Numbered from the stretch's first letter, positions 40,149 to 50,482 are shown. The stretch is DNA of 64,000 nucleotides from an uncultured Candidatus Marinamargulisbacteria bacterium (GCA_964521915.1 CAZFTP010000004.1:67363-131362), one strand, 5' to 3'. The notes: generated by a model not told the origin, from the sequence alone. Numbers and translations are program-made.

Positions 40149-42457
40149 TACGCTCTCATTTTAATCCTACAAAATTATTAAAAGAACATATTCAAGATGT
40201 AAAAGATGCAAGCCAAGCAATTTTAGCTAAACACACCACACAAATAAAAAAAATCGTAGAAAATTGGCTTGAATTAACCATTCTATTTCACGACCTCGGC
40301 AAAGCCAGTAATGAATTCCAAATATATATATCGAATCCAATTAAATATAAAGGCTCGAAAACAGCAAAAGCACACACACCCTTATCTCTCTATTGGTGGC
40401 TTAATTATTCCTTTGAAAAACAACTAGAACCGCAAGCTATTTTAGCTATAGCCACAGCTGTTTGGCGACATCATAATACTTTTCCTAATTATGATACAGA
40501 CATCTTGTATTGTCTTAATCAATATGAAGATACGTTAATTGATCAACTTAAGGATTACCCTGTTGCTCAGATAAATAATGAATTTGGATTATGTTTAAAC
40601 AAGACGCTTGAAATAGGTCAGGAATTCAAATTTTTTCGCCAAAATAAAGCAACGATTTATTCGGAAAATAAACTTGAATTAGCTATATTTCGTTTAAGTG
40701 TTCAATTATTGTTTTCTATTTTGCTCGAGGCGGATAAAGCATTTTTAGCTTTAGATGATTCTTACGAAAAAATATATATAACACCCCGGAAATATAATTT
40801 TCCAAAAAATATTATTGAGCAGTTTATTCCTAAGCCAAAAAAAGGAATAGATTACATCCGTACTGATTTAAGAACGAATATTTTAAAGCAATCTTTAAAT
40901 AATATTAATATAGTTTCGCTACCTACTGGATTAGGCAAAACCTTAATTGGTATGGAATGGTGTTTAAAGCATAGACAAATTAAAAATATGACAAGAAAAG
41001 TTATTTTAGTGTTACCATTTTTATCAATTATTGACCAAACTGCAAAAATCTATAAAGAACTAATTAATTTAGCTGGATATAATGACGGGATTTTAGAATA
41101 CCATTCTTTAGCTGACCGTAATTATATCGTTGGAGATGATGCTGATGAAGAAGAATTAAATAAAGCAAACAATAGCTTAGACTATTTGACAGAAACTTGG
41201 CAGGAACCTTTCATTATTACTACCTTTGATCAATTTTTAAATTCGTTACTTTCATCAGAAAATAAATATCTTATGCGCTTTCACAACTTAACGGATGCAT
41301 TAATTATTATGGATGAAATTCAAGCCTTACCTGTTAAATTATGGCAACCACTATCTATAGCAATGAAGGCGTTAAGCGAAAAATTCAACACGAAATTTTT
41401 AATTATGTCCGCAACTCAACCTAAATTTATTTTAGAAGCACAAGAATTAGTAACTAATCCTGAGGAAATTTTCAAAAAACAAAAACGGTATACATTTATT
41501 ATTAATCATCGAAAAGAACTGTTTTTAGAGGAATTTATAGAATTGTGTATAAAAAAACTAGATACTGAGTGGCAAAATAAACGGGTTTTATTAGTTTTTA
41601 ATACTAGAGCTTGTGCAAGAACAGTTTTAGATAATTTAGAAAAATCTTATAAAGAATATCCAATTTATTTTTTAAGCGCAGATGTTATCCCAAAAGAACG
41701 TTTAGAACAAATCGAAGAAATAAAAAAATGTATTGATAATAAAAGTCCATGTCTCGTAATTGCGACACAATGTATTGAAGCTGGGGTTGATATTGATATG
41801 GAAGTTGTTGTGCGTGATTTTGCCCCTTTAGACTCATTAATCCAAGTCGCAGGTCGTTGTAATCGTAATGGAATAAAAGAGCGCTGCATTATAGAAGTTG
41901 TTAAACTTAAAAATACACAGGGTAAAATATTTTGTGATATGATTTATGATAAAGTTTTATTGGGTCAAACTATTGATTGTCTAAAAAATAAAGATGAAAT
42001 ATTGGAAGAAGAAATTTATCCTTTAGTTACAAACTATTACGAAAAACTTTCAATGTTTATGAACACTGGCGCAGAATATGAAGAAAACTGGTTAAAGTGG
42101 AAAGAAACTTTACCAGTCCAAACACTATTAAGGGGAGATGAAACGCAGAATAAATTTAATTTTTTGGTAACATCAGAAGATAAACCAGATAAAACAAAAA
42201 ATGAAATACCAATATTAGAAGCTTTAGAATATACTATGGCAATAGAAGATAAATGGCAAAAAAAACGCGCGATCAGAGCTTTGAAAGGAAGAATAGCTAA
42301 ATTAACGATTTCTCTTTGGGCAAAACCAAATTTACTCCCCCCTAAAATAGCTAGACAACTTGGTTCTTGGTGGGTATTAAATGACGAACTATATATTACA
42401 AGAAAAGGACTAAATACAAAAAAAATGGATCAAGAATCCACTTTTTTAATTTTTTAG
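40145..42457 (+). CDS. cas3: Cas3 HD nuclease-helicase
   Basis: HD motif HDLGKASNEFQ. DEAD/DEAH helicase motifs LPTGLGKTL, MDEIQ, SATQP. Start ATG overlaps the cas5 stop (ATGA). Confidence 0.8.
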   Translation: MIRSHFNPTKLLKEHIQDVKDASQAILAKHTTQIKKIVENWLELTILFHDLGKASNEFQIYISNPIKYKGSKTAKAHTPLSLYWWLNYSFEKQLEPQAILAIATAVWRHHNTFPNYDTDILYCLNQYEDTLIDQLKDYPVAQINNEFGLCLNKTLEIGQEFKFFRQNKATIYSENKLELAIFRLSVQLLFSILLEADKAFLALDDSYEKIYITPRKYNFPKNIIEQFIPKPKKGIDYIRTDLRTNILKQSLNNINIVSLPTGLGKTLIGMEWCLKHRQIKNMTRKVILVLPFLSIIDQTAKIYKELINLAGYNDGILEYHSLADRNYIVGDDADEEELNKANNSLDYLTETWQEPFIITTFDQFLNSLLSSENKYLMRFHNLTDALIIMDEIQALPVKLWQPLSIAMKALSEKFNTKFLIMSATQPKFILEAQELVTNPEEIFKKQKRYTFIINHRKELFLEEFIELCIKKLDTEWQNKRVLLVFNTRACARTVLDNLEKSYKEYPIYFLSADVIPKERLEQIEEIKKCIDNKSPCLVIATQCIEAGVDIDMEVVVRDFAPLDSLIQVAGRCNRNGIKERCIIEVVKLKNTQGKIFCDMIYDKVLLGQTIDCLKNKDEILEEEIYPLVTNYYEKLSMFMNTGAEYEENWLKWKETLPVQTLLRGDETQNKFNFLVTSEDKPDKTKNEIPILEALEYTMAIEDKWQKKRAIRALKGRIAKLTISLWAKPNLLPPKIARQLGSWWVLNDELYITRKGLNTKKMDQESTFLIF

Positions 42458-42458
42458 C

Positions 42459-42956
42459 ATGAATATAACTATAACGCCTACTATGATTTGGTATTACACA
42501 ATTTGCCCTAGAGAAGCCTGGTTAATTTGCAGGCATTTGACCCCTGATGAACACACCGATCACATCGAACTCGGTCGTTTTCTGCATAAACAAAGTTATA
42601 CTAGGAACAAAAAAGAAATCCAAATTGGTTCGGCAAAATTTGATATTGTTACCCAAAAAAATGGTATGCTATTTTTAGGGGAAATTAAAAAATCTTCAAA
42701 ATCAGAACAAGCTGCTAAAATGCAACTCGCCTATTACCTCTACCTATTAGAACAGCAAGGTATCAAAGCACAAGGTGAGCTTCGTATCCCCAAAGAAAAA
42801 AAGATAATCCCTGTTGAACTTAATGATGAGCTTAGAAAAGAATTAAAAGAAACAGAAGATGCAATTACCAAAATAATTGAACAAGATCACCCCCCAGCTG
42901 TTAAAAAGATTAATTTTTGCAAAAACTGCGCTTATCAGGAGTTTTGTTTTAGTTAA
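42459..42956 (+). CDS. cas4: Cas4 (RecB-like nuclease with C-terminal Fe-S cysteines)
   Basis: 165 aa. N-terminal CPREAWL. C-terminal CKNCAYQEFC. Confidence 0.75.
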   Translation: MNITITPTMIWYYTICPREAWLICRHLTPDEHTDHIELGRFLHKQSYTRNKKEIQIGSAKFDIVTQKNGMLFLGEIKKSSKSEQAAKMQLAYYLYLLEQQGIKAQGELRIPKEKKIIPVELNDELRKELKETEDAITKIIEQDHPPAVKKINFCKNCAYQEFCFS

Positions 42957-43074
42957 AAAAATAATTGACACCAGTATTTTTTAAAGTCAGACTTTAAATA
43001 TGCATGGTATAAATATTAAAATTGGAAAATTTATTATGCAAAATCAATTATTTTATTTGTAAAATAATATTATA

Positions 43075-44067
43075 ATGAAAAAAACAATTTACATTTTTTC
43101 ACACGGTGAAATTCAACGTAAAGATAACACCCTCTTTTTTGAAGGTGAAGAAGGTAAAAAATTCATCCCCGTAGAAGATACCCAGGAATTAATGCTTTTT
43201 GGGGAAATTACTTTAAATAAAAAAGCCTTAGAATTTTTTAGCCAAAAAGAAATTATTCTGCATTATTTTAACCATTACGGTTACTACATGGGCACTTTTT
43301 ACCCAAGAGAACATCTTAATTCCGGATTTATGATCATTAAACAAGCTGAACATTATATTGATGAAACCAAACGCTTGGCTCTTGCTAAAAATTTTGTTCA
43401 AGGAGCCATACAAAATATTTTAAAAGTTTTAAAGTATTACCAAAGTCGTGGTAAAGAACTCTCAAAAAATATTGAAGAAATTGAAGCAATTCTTAAAGAA
43501 ACTGAAAACCAACCCAGTATTCCAACTCTAATGGCTAAAGAAGGTGAAGCAAGGCAAGTTTATTACCAATGTTTTGATCTAATATTAGCAGACCCATTAT
43601 TTAAGTTTGATAAAAGAACAAAACAGCCCCCAAAAAATCAGCTAAATACTTTAATTAGCTTTTTGAACTCTCTTTTATATGTGACGGTGCTAAGTGAAAT
43701 TTACCAAACTCATTTAGATGCCAGAATTGGTTTTTTGCATACAGCAAATTTTAGACGGTTTTCTTTAAATTTAGATGTTGCTGAAATTTTTAAACCCATT
43801 ATTGTTGATAGAGTTATTTTTACGCTTATTGGTAAAAAAATGTTAGATAAATCTCATTTTGACGCGCAATTAGAAGGTCTGTTACTAAATGAGAAAGGCC
43901 GTAGAGTTGTTGTTACAGAATATGAAAATAAAATTAAAGATACTTTAAGTATTAAAGAATTAGGTAGAAAGGTCTCTTACCGCAGATTAATTAGAATGGA
44001 ATTATATAAATTAGAGAAACATTTTATGAATGAAAAAGAATATAACCCATATATAAGCAAATGGTGA
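43075..44067 (+). CDS. cas1: Cas1 integrase
   Basis: 330 aa. Typical Cas1 N-terminal beta domain and alpha-helical catalytic domain. Confidence 0.8.
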   Translation: MKKTIYIFSHGEIQRKDNTLFFEGEEGKKFIPVEDTQELMLFGEITLNKKALEFFSQKEIILHYFNHYGYYMGTFYPREHLNSGFMIIKQAEHYIDETKRLALAKNFVQGAIQNILKVLKYYQSRGKELSKNIEEIEAILKETENQPSIPTLMAKEGEARQVYYQCFDLILADPLFKFDKRTKQPPKNQLNTLISFLNSLLYVTVLSEIYQTHLDARIGFLHTANFRRFSLNLDVAEIFKPIIVDRVIFTLIGKKMLDKSHFDAQLEGLLLNEKGRRVVVTEYENKIKDTLSIKELGRKVSYRRLIRMELYKLEKHFMNEKEYNPYISKW

Positions 44068-44096
44068 AAGAAAATATATTTTGTTATAATTAAATT

Positions 44097-44405
44097 ATGT
44101 TACTATCAAAGAAAAAAATAAATGAGATCATAAAACACATTAAAATTAAAGCTAATCCGTCAGCTTTATATATTTTTGGCAGTTACGCTTATGGCAAGCC
44201 ACATGAGAATAGTGATCTGGACTTATTAATTATTAAAGATGATGTCACGAATAAAAGAAAAGAAATAGTTGATCTAAAAAAGGATATAATTTCAGCAGAT
44301 TATTCGCTAGATATTCTTCTATATTCAAAAAAACAATTTGAAGAAAAAATTCAGGAAGGCTGGTCATTAGTTCAAGAAATTCTTAAACATGGTGTAAAAT
44401 GTTGA
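44097..44405 (+). CDS. MNT-type nucleotidyltransferase inserted between cas1 and cas2
   Basis: 102 aa. NTase motif IFGSYAYGKPHENSDLDLLII. Confidence 0.7.
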   Translation: MLLSKKKINEIIKHIKIKANPSALYIFGSYAYGKPHENSDLDLLIIKDDVTNKRKEIVDLKKDIISADYSLDILLYSKKQFEEKIQEGWSLVQEILKHGVKC

Positions 44406-44797
44406 ATGATCAAACCTCAACTTATTGGTATGAGATTGCTAAAAGAGATATTCAAGCCGCTATAATTTTATATCAAAATAAAGGTTACCCAGAAACTATA
44501 ATTTATCATTATCATCAAGCAATAGAAAAATTACTTAAGGGATTGTTATTAGAGAATAAATGTAAAATCATTAGAACCCATGATTTAGAACGGTTAGTAA
44601 TGGAATTGGCAAAAATTAATTCTAAATATGAGGAAAAAAATATCTTAGAAAATATTTCTGGTTTACAAACTTATTACCCAGAATTAAGATACCCTGAATC
44701 TTTCTATCCAAATTATGAAGATCTTGAAGAAGCAACACTAATTTTTGAGAAAACATTAGATAACTTAGGTTTTGATCGGAATGGCGAAAGAAAGTAG
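44399..44797 (+). CDS. HEPN domain protein (partner of the MNT)
   Basis: 132 aa. Overlaps the MNT by 7 nt. Paralogue of 32727-33107. Confidence 0.6.
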   Translation: MLNDQTSTYWYEIAKRDIQAAIILYQNKGYPETIIYHYHQAIEKLLKGLLLENKCKIIRTHDLERLVMELAKINSKYEEKNILENISGLQTYYPELRYPESFYPNYEDLEEATLIFEKTLDNLGFDRNGERK

Positions 44798-44808
44798 ATT
44801 ATTCTGTT

Positions 44809-45072
44809 ATGTTTATAATCGCAGTTTACGATATTAAAGAAAAAAGAGTTGGGAAGGCACTTAAAATTTGCCGAAAGTACTTAAATTGGGTACAAAATTC
44901 AGTTTTTGAGGGTGATATTAGTACGGCTAATATTGAAAAATTAAAGATGGAAATGAAAAAATTAATGAATAGTTCAGAAGATTCATTTATAATTTATTTA
45001 TTAAGAGACGAACGTTATTCAAAAAGAGAAATTATTGGATTAGAAAAAGGAGGTGCAAGTTTAATTATTTAA
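44809..45072 (+). CDS. cas2: Cas2
   Basis: 87 aa. MFIIAVYDIKEKRVGK...VQNSVFEG is the typical Cas2 fold sequence. Confidence 0.8.
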   Translation: MFIIAVYDIKEKRVGKALKICRKYLNWVQNSVFEGDISTANIEKLKMEMKKLMNSSEDSFIIYLLRDERYSKREIIGLEKGGASLII

Positions 45073-45205
45073 TTAATTTAATTAAATTGTCTATCATGAA
45101 TAAAGATTTGGATAAGCTAAGACCGACAAAAATTTTTATGCTGAACCTTTTGATTCACATTAAAATTTTTACTAATATTAATAATAGTCTTAACTTGGAT
45201 TAAAG
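45073..45205 (+). promoter_or_regulatory. CRISPR leader (AT-rich, 133 bp) between cas2 and the first repeat
   Basis: Array orientation inferred from the repeat 3' handle ATTGAAAC and the degenerate distal repeat. Confidence 0.5.
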
Positions 45206-46771
45206 GTTTATATCCTACCTATAAGGAATTGAAACTTGATTCCGGATACTATTTACCTGACTCTTATGATATGTTTATATCCTACCTATAAGGAATTGAA
45301 ACCCGATCTAAGTTCTGCCGATCTAAGTTCTGCCGATCGTTTATATCCTACCTATAAGGAATTGAAACTAAAACAGCATGCACAATAGTATCTAAGAGAT
45401 TTTTATGTTTATATCCTACCTATAAGGAATTGAAACTATATTTAAAATCAATGCCATAATTCTTTTTAATTTGTTTATATCCTACCTATAAGGAATTGAA
45501 ACTGAAAATAATATTTTTATCGGCACTCCAATAATTATAGTTTATATCCTACCTATAAGGAATTGAAACTTTTTTCGTATATTTCATTACATTCTTCTGA
45601 ATTCGTTTATATCCTACCTATAAGGAATTGAAACTCGTACATACCCCAGCCAAAAACATCTACAAAATTGGTTTATATCCTACCTATAAGGAATTGAAAC
45701 TAGTTAAATATTTAAAAAAAGATTTTTTTGATGAGTGGTTTATATCCTACCTATAAGGAATTGAAACTTCGAAAAAAACTTTTTATGAACACAAACTTCA
45801 CGAAGTTTATATCCTACCTATAAGGAATTGAAACTCATGATTTTGATTTAGGAACTCCAAAAATGACTGGTTTATATCCTACCTATAAGGAATTGAAACA
45901 TAAGTGCAATTAATACTTGCGGTAAATTTACATCTCTGTTTATATCCTACCTATAAGGAATTGAAACTTGAAATAGAGGAAGACGAAATTGGTTTAAAAT
46001 TCAGTTTATATCCTACCTATAAGGAATTGAAACACCGCTGAAAAAGTTGACATTTATGAACTTTCTGAATCGTTTATATCCTACCTATAAGGAATTGAAA
46101 CCATTATTTAAAACTATTTCTAAATATTCTAAGTTTGTTTATATCCTACCTATAAGGAATTGAAACGACCAACTAAACTCATGTCACCCATAATTACATT
46201 AAATGTTTATATCCTACCTATAAGGAATTGAAACCGCCAAATGAATATAGGGAAATGGCAGGATTTTCTAAGTTTATATCCTACCTATAAGGAATTGAAA
46301 CTGGAAATTATAAGGGCTAGACATATATGTAAATTTATAGTTTATATCCTACCTATAAGGAATTGAAACCTAAAATAGCCCCTCCGCCTAGAGTTTTCCA
46401 AAGCCAGTTTATATCCTACCTATAAGGAATTGAAACCCGTTGTTTGCCCTGTTAAATCACCGGAATTTATGAGGTTTATATCCTACCTATAAGGAATTGA
46501 AACACCGCTGAAAAAGTTGACATTTATGAACTTTCTGAATCGTTTATATCCTACCTATAAGGAATTGAAACCATTATTTAAAACTATTTCTAAATATTCT
46601 AAGTTTGTTTATATCCTACCTATAAGGAATTGAAACGACCAACTAAACTCATGTCACCCATAATTACATTAAATGTTTATATCCTACCTATAAGGAATTG
46701 AAACCGCCAAATGAATATAGGGAAATGGCAGGATTTTCTAAGTTTATATCCTACCTATAAGGAATTGAAAC
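45206..46771 (+). CRISPR. CRISPR array: 24 repeats of GTTTATATCCTACCTATAAGGAATTGAAAC (30 nt) with 23 spacers of 35-38 nt
   Basis: Repeats located by eye at 45206, 45273, 45339, 45407, 45473, 45540, 45605, 45671, 45738, 45805, 45870, 45938, 46004, 46072, 46137, 46205, 46272, 46340, 46407, 46474, 46542, 46607, 46675 and 46742. The 3' end of the repeat carries the type I-B 8-nt handle ATTGAAAC. Confidence 0.95.
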
Positions 46772-46932
46772 ATTTTTCTAGTATTCCAGACTAAATCAAC
46801 CATAGTTCCGTCTGATTTATTATAATTTGATTCAATAATTGTTTCTGGTAATTTTATATTTTTTAACTGCTAAAAACACGTTTAAAAATTGCAACTTCAT
46901 TTCCTCATGTTATAATTTAAATATCTAACTCG

Positions 46933-46964
46933 TTTATATCTTATTCTAAAAAGAAATTGAAACA
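46933..46964 (+). CRISPR. degenerate terminal repeat GTTTATATCTTATTCTAAAAAGAAATTGAAAC, 161 nt beyond the last canonical repeat
   Basis: It keeps GTTTATATC at the 5' end and AATTGAAAC at the 3' end. It lies in the 5' UTR of the next gene. Confidence 0.6.
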
Positions 46965-46980
46965 AAGAAGGAGAAATTTT

Positions 46981-48246
46981 TTGAATAAAAAATATATATT
47001 CCCAGGTTTGCTAGCATTAATATTACTAATGTTTGCCTTATCTTTACTAATTTTTTTCTTAATTAATAGTTGCGGCAGAACTTTAACCTTTGATAACGAT
47101 CTACCAACTCTTTCTGACTATAATTCTTTTACTTTATGTACCAAGGAAATTAGTGTCGCAATTTCGCAAGATGGAACAAAACTGGTTCCTCTAACAGTAT
47201 TAGCGCTTTCTTCCGATTCATCAAAAGGAATCAAAAATTCCGCTTTGGCAATGGCCATAGGATACTGCGTATTCTTAAAATTAACAAACCTCCCCGCAGA
47301 CCTGACCGCGGCAGGAGCAACTACGCTTGAAACAAACGATATCATGACCGGCGTAAATGTAAACCAGTGGCTAGCAACTGCTTTTCAAGAAATGCGATTT
47401 GCGTCTATTCAAGAAGTTTTAAAATCAGGCTATTATCAAATAGATGATGAACCCTCAACTGTTGCAGAGGGCATGGGAACTTATTATTCATTTTTAAAGA
47501 AATTAACTGGTGGCGCTAGCCATATTTGGCCAAATGATTATCCTATCTTAAATCAATTAAATGAAAAAGGCTTTGTTTGGTCTTCGGTTGAAAAAGGCTA
47601 TTATGAAGCTAAATCTTATGCCAAAAATAAAACTTATTATAGTGGCACTGGTAAACCATACCCTGATTTTAGCTTAGCAAAATGGGCGGTTTTCTATACT
47701 AGAAAACATAAAGCTACGACCTATCCGTTTAAAACAACAGCTGTAACCAGCGATGCGCCAGGATCGCTTGGTTCTTTTAACTGTCTAGGACAAGTAATGT
47801 CTTATTTTTACAATCGCGGACAAAACCCTTTTGCCAGATATAACGATTGGGAACCAGCCAGACTTATAACTGATGCTTTTGGAACAAATATATTGGACAT
47901 ACCTGCATTAGAAGTTACTATGACCTACGAAGCTAGCGGCTCAAGCCCTTTGGCATATGGCAAACGGTACATTTGGCAATTAGGCTGGCTAAATGCAATG
48001 CTAAATGAAAGCACAAATATATATACAGAAAAAATTTCACTTCAAGACGTAAAAGATGTTCTTGAAATACTTAAAGGATTTTATTCTGGTGAAAATACGA
48101 ATGATGACCAGGCTGTTAATGCCGCTATTACCTATGCTGAAGCTATTGATAGCTCGAAATGGGGACAAGCCTACAATTCAACACAAACATTTGAAAATAT
48201 CTATAATATAACTAGCGCCATGATGGAGGCAAGTATAACAAACTAA
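46981..48246 (+). CDS. hypothetical lipoprotein (TTG start after AAGGAG)
   Basis: Signal peptide with lipobox LINSC. 421 aa. No recognisable domain. Confidence 0.45.
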   Translation: MNKKYIFPGLLALILLMFALSLLIFFLINSCGRTLTFDNDLPTLSDYNSFTLCTKEISVAISQDGTKLVPLTVLALSSDSSKGIKNSALAMAIGYCVFLKLTNLPADLTAAGATTLETNDIMTGVNVNQWLATAFQEMRFASIQEVLKSGYYQIDDEPSTVAEGMGTYYSFLKKLTGGASHIWPNDYPILNQLNEKGFVWSSVEKGYYEAKSYAKNKTYYSGTGKPYPDFSLAKWAVFYTRKHKATTYPFKTTAVTSDAPGSLGSFNCLGQVMSYFYNRGQNPFARYNDWEPARLITDAFGTNILDIPALEVTMTYEASGSSPLAYGKRYIWQLGWLNAMLNESTNIYTEKISLQDVKDVLEILKGFYSGENTNDDQAVNAAITYAEAIDSSKWGQAYNSTQTFENIYNITSAMMEASITN

Positions 48247-48371
48247 TATTCTTTGAATCTGTTGCATAATGGCTATTTTTCATTCCGTAACAGACTCTCT
48301 CTTGGCTTTAATTATACAAATTAAAAATTTTCTTTATTTTATGAAGATAAGTTTGCTACAATTAAATTAAG

Positions 48372-50450
48372 ATGTTTAATTATGAATTGATTTTTACTTT
48401 TCTAAACACTTGTATCTTTTTAATATTTTGTTCTTTTTTACTATTCAACAAAAATAAAGCTTTATTAATTTTTAATTGCCTTCTATTCTTTGCAAGTTTT
48501 AGCTTATTATTGCAACAAATATTAGTTGATCATAAAACCAGCATATTTTTTCTACAAATATCTTTAGCTTGCATTGCCTTTTTACCAGCTAGTTATCTTT
48601 TTTTTATTAAAACAACCGTAATAAGTAAAAATACAATTTTACACATCATTAATACCATTATCGGTTGCGCATTCGCCGGTATTTTTTTATTCTTAAACTT
48701 TTTTGTGAAACAAAACCAAATTCTTGTTTCAGGTATAAAATTAAATACTATTATTATTTCTTTTTTACTTTATTTTTTCTTGATTTTTATTATTGGCACT
48801 TATTTTCTTTTAATCTCTAATAAAAAAAATGAAAACCATATTTTAATTATCTTCAATTTTTTCCTCTTAGTTTTAGGTATAACACTAACTTATTTGATTG
48901 ATAACCAAATAATTAATTCTTTAGGTTTACTTTTAATTAGCTGTTATATTATCACTACAATTTATGCCATCATTAAATACAACTTATTTGGCTTTACTTT
49001 TGAAATTAAAAAAAACCTTATTAGGTTAATTTCCATTTATATCTTTATTTTAGTTTATTTTGTTTTTATTGAAATTATTATTCATTTTGGTTTTAAACTA
49101 ACTATTCTTAATATTGTTGTAGTTAATATAGTTTATTTAATTATTGCTTATGAAATTAATTTTATTTTTAATAATTTCATGAATCAAAAAGTTTTGTTTC
49201 AGGGTCAAATGTTTACAAATGAAAGTAAAAATATCATTAAGGAAATAAGTAAAAGCTTTAACCTCAGTGAAATTATTGAAAAACTAGAATTCTATTTAAA
49301 AAATTTAACGGGTTTACAAGATATTAATTTTTATTTATCTGCTGATTTTATTAATCAGAAAGAAAAAGATGATCTTTTTTTACACTACAATTTTGCAAAT
49401 CATAAAATAGATATCAATAATAAACTTAATTCAAACATCACCAAATTAATAATAGATATGAGAAGAACAATTTGTGATGACGAAGAAAATGATATAAGCA
49501 ACATATTATCTCAAAACAATTTTGCTATTGTAACACCTATCATCACTGATGATTATATCTTTGGGGTTATTACTATTGGGGCTAATAATAATCTAGAATC
49601 ACTAAAAGTCTTTGACTTAAGATTTTTAGGTTTATTAACTCAAAATTTAGGGCTGGTTTTACAAAAAATACAAATACAGAATTCTGTATTAAACGAAAAA
49701 GTTTCACTTATAAAATCAATTACGGCTACTGTTTTCAAAGAAATAAGAGAACCTTTAAATAACATTGAGAATATTTTATATAATATTAAATTTAAGCATA
49801 AATATCTAACTTTTATTGAAAAATCCTGCCAAGAAATTCAAGAGAAGGCAAAAAACATAAATGCTGTAGATTGTTTAAAATATCTAGAATTTATTAAAAC
49901 TAACTCAGAAGGATTGAATTCGGCTATTAATAATATCCAACAGTATAAAGAAGATATTAACAGTTCTATTAATAATTTCATGCTTTATTATTCTAGTGAA
50001 AAATCCGAAACAAAAAATAATCTTGCTTTAAAACCTTTAATTGAAAAAATTCTAGCTAATTTTTCTGAAATTATTCAAAAAAATCACATTCAAATTACTC
50101 AAAATATTAATTATGACGGTATTATTTATGCTTGTTCTGAACAAATCGAAAAAATAATTTATTATCTTATTGATAATGCTATAAAAGCTTGTAAAAATAT
50201 TGCGATTGATAAAAAAAGCATTATTGTTTCAGAAACCGCTCAATTAAATGAGGAAAATAAAAAGCAAATCATATTAACCGTAAATTTACCTTTTCAACAA
50301 GAAATGCCAAAAGAAGATTTAATTTTTAGCTCAAATTTAGCTATTACCAGCATTAAAAAAGTTGCAGGAGAGCTTGATGCCATTTTTGAAATTGATATTG
50401 ACCCTAAAACCGGTACAACTTATTCCCTATCTTTTCTCGAAATTGCTTAA
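48372..50450 (+). CDS. 7-TM membrane sensor with GAF-like domain and a degenerate histidine-kinase (HisKA/HATPase_c-like) C-terminus
   Basis: About 7 TM helices in the first 270 aa. N-box-like LIDNAIKA. H-box-like FKEIREPLNNI has Lys where the phospho-His should be. G1/G2 boxes not evident. Confidence 0.5.
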   Translation: MFNYELIFTFLNTCIFLIFCSFLLFNKNKALLIFNCLLFFASFSLLLQQILVDHKTSIFFLQISLACIAFLPASYLFFIKTTVISKNTILHIINTIIGCAFAGIFLFLNFFVKQNQILVSGIKLNTIIISFLLYFFLIFIIGTYFLLISNKKNENHILIIFNFFLLVLGITLTYLIDNQIINSLGLLLISCYIITTIYAIIKYNLFGFTFEIKKNLIRLISIYIFILVYFVFIEIIIHFGFKLTILNIVVVNIVYLIIAYEINFIFNNFMNQKVLFQGQMFTNESKNIIKEISKSFNLSEIIEKLEFYLKNLTGLQDINFYLSADFINQKEKDDLFLHYNFANHKIDINNKLNSNITKLIIDMRRTICDDEENDISNILSQNNFAIVTPIITDDYIFGVITIGANNNLESLKVFDLRFLGLLTQNLGLVLQKIQIQNSVLNEKVSLIKSITATVFKEIREPLNNIENILYNIKFKHKYLTFIEKSCQEIQEKAKNINAVDCLKYLEFIKTNSEGLNSAINNIQQYKEDINSSINNFMLYYSSEKSETKNNLALKPLIEKILANFSEIIQKNHIQITQNINYDGIIYACSEQIEKIIYYLIDNAIKACKNIAIDKKSIIVSETAQLNEENKKQIILTVNLPFQQEMPKEDLIFSSNLAITSIKKVAGELDAIFEIDIDPKTGTTYSLSFLEIA

Positions 50451-50482
50451 ACTCAAATTTATTTTCCGTTCAATTATAATTA

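Noticed and set aside
46772-46964. Possible second CRISPR array
   Set aside because: Only a single degenerate repeat is present. No further repeat units follow. Treated as the terminal repeat of the main array.
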